Origin: Brevibacillus sp. B_LB10_24
GTDB lineage: Bacteria > Bacillota > Bacilli > Brevibacillales > Brevibacillaceae
Assembly (NCBI RefSeq): GCF_046036945.1
Contig: NZ_JBJQOQ010000010.1
Span: 1-32,000, forward strand
Length of the DNA stretch: 32,000 nt
Reading direction: 5' to 3'
Part shown: positions 31,096-32,000 of the stretch, one piece after another
How the letters are laid out: each line of letters begins with the position of its first letter
Numbering within the stretch: position 1 is the stretch's first letter
Position numbers and translations under genes: made by a program
Notes under the pieces: generated by a model
Seen by the model: the letters and a program-made list of their open reading frames with translations, nothing else
Databases searched by the model: none
Told to the model about the DNA's origin: nothing

Positions 31096-31308
31096 TCAGC
31101 CGATTCCCGCTTGTTCGTACGCCATGATCTCTCTCAGTTCGTTCGTCAGGCAGAGAAACCGCTCTTTGTTTTTCAGCTCCAGCGCCTCGTCGATCTCCCG
31201 GTAGAGAGTCCGCTTCCGAAACAGCCGGACTTGCTCGTCGATCACTATCTCTGACAACAGTTCGGCAACCATGTTTTGCTGCAGGTAGTTAGGCCTGTCC
31301 AATTCCAT
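31096..31308 (-). CDS. stand-alone IDEAL-domain protein (homologous to the C-terminus of YpiB/UPF0302)
   Basis: 70 aa and contains the literal motif REIDEALELKNKERFLCLTNEL. Its ATG is 3 nt after the stop of the upstream ORF (TGAGGGATG). Confidence 0.7.
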   Translation of the reverse strand: MELDRPNYLQQNMVAELLSEIVIDEQVRLFRKRTLYREIDEALELKNKERFLCLTNELREIMAYEQAGIG

Positions 31309-31311
31309 CCC

Positions 31312-32000
31312 TCATTTCAACAAAATCGTCGTTTCCGTAAAACCGTTATACTCTTTGAGCCATGTCTGACATGCGTAAGTCGTGCTGTAATACCACTCGC
31401 CCTCGTCCGCCTGTCCTGCCTTCAACAATCCCAAATGAACCATCATCTTGAGCAGCCGGTTGGATAATATGCTGGCCGGGTCATCATAATAAAAAGGTTT
31501 CAGCCACTTGAGCAGCGACGCTTGAATGGCCCTGTGGGCAATCCACTCTGAACCGGTCATCAATGGAATCAGTTGCACCAGCATCGGCAAGTTGGGGATG
31601 GCCCGCTTGTACAGGCGTAGCCAGAAGCGGATCAACTCGTGATACGTCTTGTCGCTGTAAGGCTGTGTCAGCATCTCCCGTCCCCGTTCCGTCAATTCCA
31701 CCTGCATATTCCCTTCTTCAATCCAGCGCTGGTAAAAACAAAAGTCGTACAACAGGGAGAAGCGGTCAGGGTAAAGATCAAAGTGAAGCCCGTAGCCAAA
31801 CCGCCACCTTTCCCCTGCCACCGGCTTTTCTTCCACGCTGAGAAATCGCAGCAGCTGCGCTTGATACCGCTTGTACATCCCTCCGTCAGACGTCAGCGGG
31901 ACCGGTTCCTTGGCGAGAAAACGCAGGAACTGATAGATATCGTCGCACAGGGCCCCTCCCTCATCGCGATAAACAGCAGGGGCCTCATGCTTCCGCCTCA
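31312..32000 (-). CDS. protein of unknown function, 5'-truncated by the window edge
   Basis: The track lists 31312-31878 (188 aa from the first ATG). The same frame stays open with no stop to position 32000 and reads protein-like (…DDIYQFLRFLAKEPVPLTSDGGMYKRY…). The other two minus frames have stops there. The GGAGGG directly abutting the ATG at 31878 is too close to serve as an RBS. Confidence 0.6.
   Translation of the reverse strand, partial: RRKHEAPAVYRDEGGALCDDIYQFLRFLAKEPVPLTSDGGMYKRYQAQLLRFLSVEEKPVAGERWRFGYGLHFDLYPDRFSLLYDFCFYQRWIEEGNMQVELTERGREMLTQPYSDKTYHELIRFWLRLYKRAIPNLPMLVQLIPLMTGSEWIAHRAIQASLLKWLKPFYYDDPASILSNRLLKMMVHLGLLKAGQADEGEWYYSTTYACQTWLKEYNGFTETTILLK

Noticed and set aside
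1-32000. Scan of the whole window for rRNA/tRNA genes, CRISPR repeats, IS elements, integrases, long direct or inverted repeats, and Rex boxes.
   Set aside because: None were recognised by eye. Covariance-model and repeat-finder searches would be needed to exclude small RNAs or degenerate elements.

Overview
The window looks like a Bacillales chromosome segment. It is GC-rich for a Firmicute by eye, and gene content suggests a Paenibacillaceae/Brevibacillus-like organism; that placement is inference only. Almost all genes are on the minus strand.

From about 8.9 kb to 32 kb the order matches the conserved B. subtilis-type backbone. Read right to left it is: partial ORF, IDEAL-domain ORF, ypiF, qcrABC, ypjA, ypjB, ypjC (+), ypjD, dapB, mgsA, bshB1, bshA, cca, birA, panB, panC, TPR gene, dinG, degenerate-MBL lipoprotein, rex, mtaD, membrane protein, ypmB.

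The left ~9 kb is not part of that backbone. It holds three units:
- A GntR-controlled Asc-family PTS operon that also carries a PTE-fold hydrolase, an Eda-type aldolase and a creatininase-fold enzyme.
- A two-gene operon: a single-pass membrane protein translationally coupled to a short FtsH paralogue that lacks the extracytoplasmic domain.
- A plus-strand MDR-type oxidoreductase.

I saw no rRNA, tRNA, CRISPR array, transposase/integrase or long repeat.

Items most worth follow-up:
- The PTS/PTE/aldolase/creatininase operon, whose substrate is unknown.
- The split-looking FtsH pair.
- Two intrinsic terminators whose 3' arm is the Shine-Dalgarno of the next gene and whose U-tract runs into a TTG start (panC/TPR and ypjA/ypjB).
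- A structured, terminator-containing leader upstream of panBC (possibly pan-motif-like).
- A roughly 400-bp structured gap downstream of mtaD.
- An MBL-fold lipoprotein with every catalytic His replaced.

All homology calls come from recognising motifs in the supplied translations. No searches were run. Start codons were adjusted by eye using RBS spacing and remain uncertain by a few codons in several genes.
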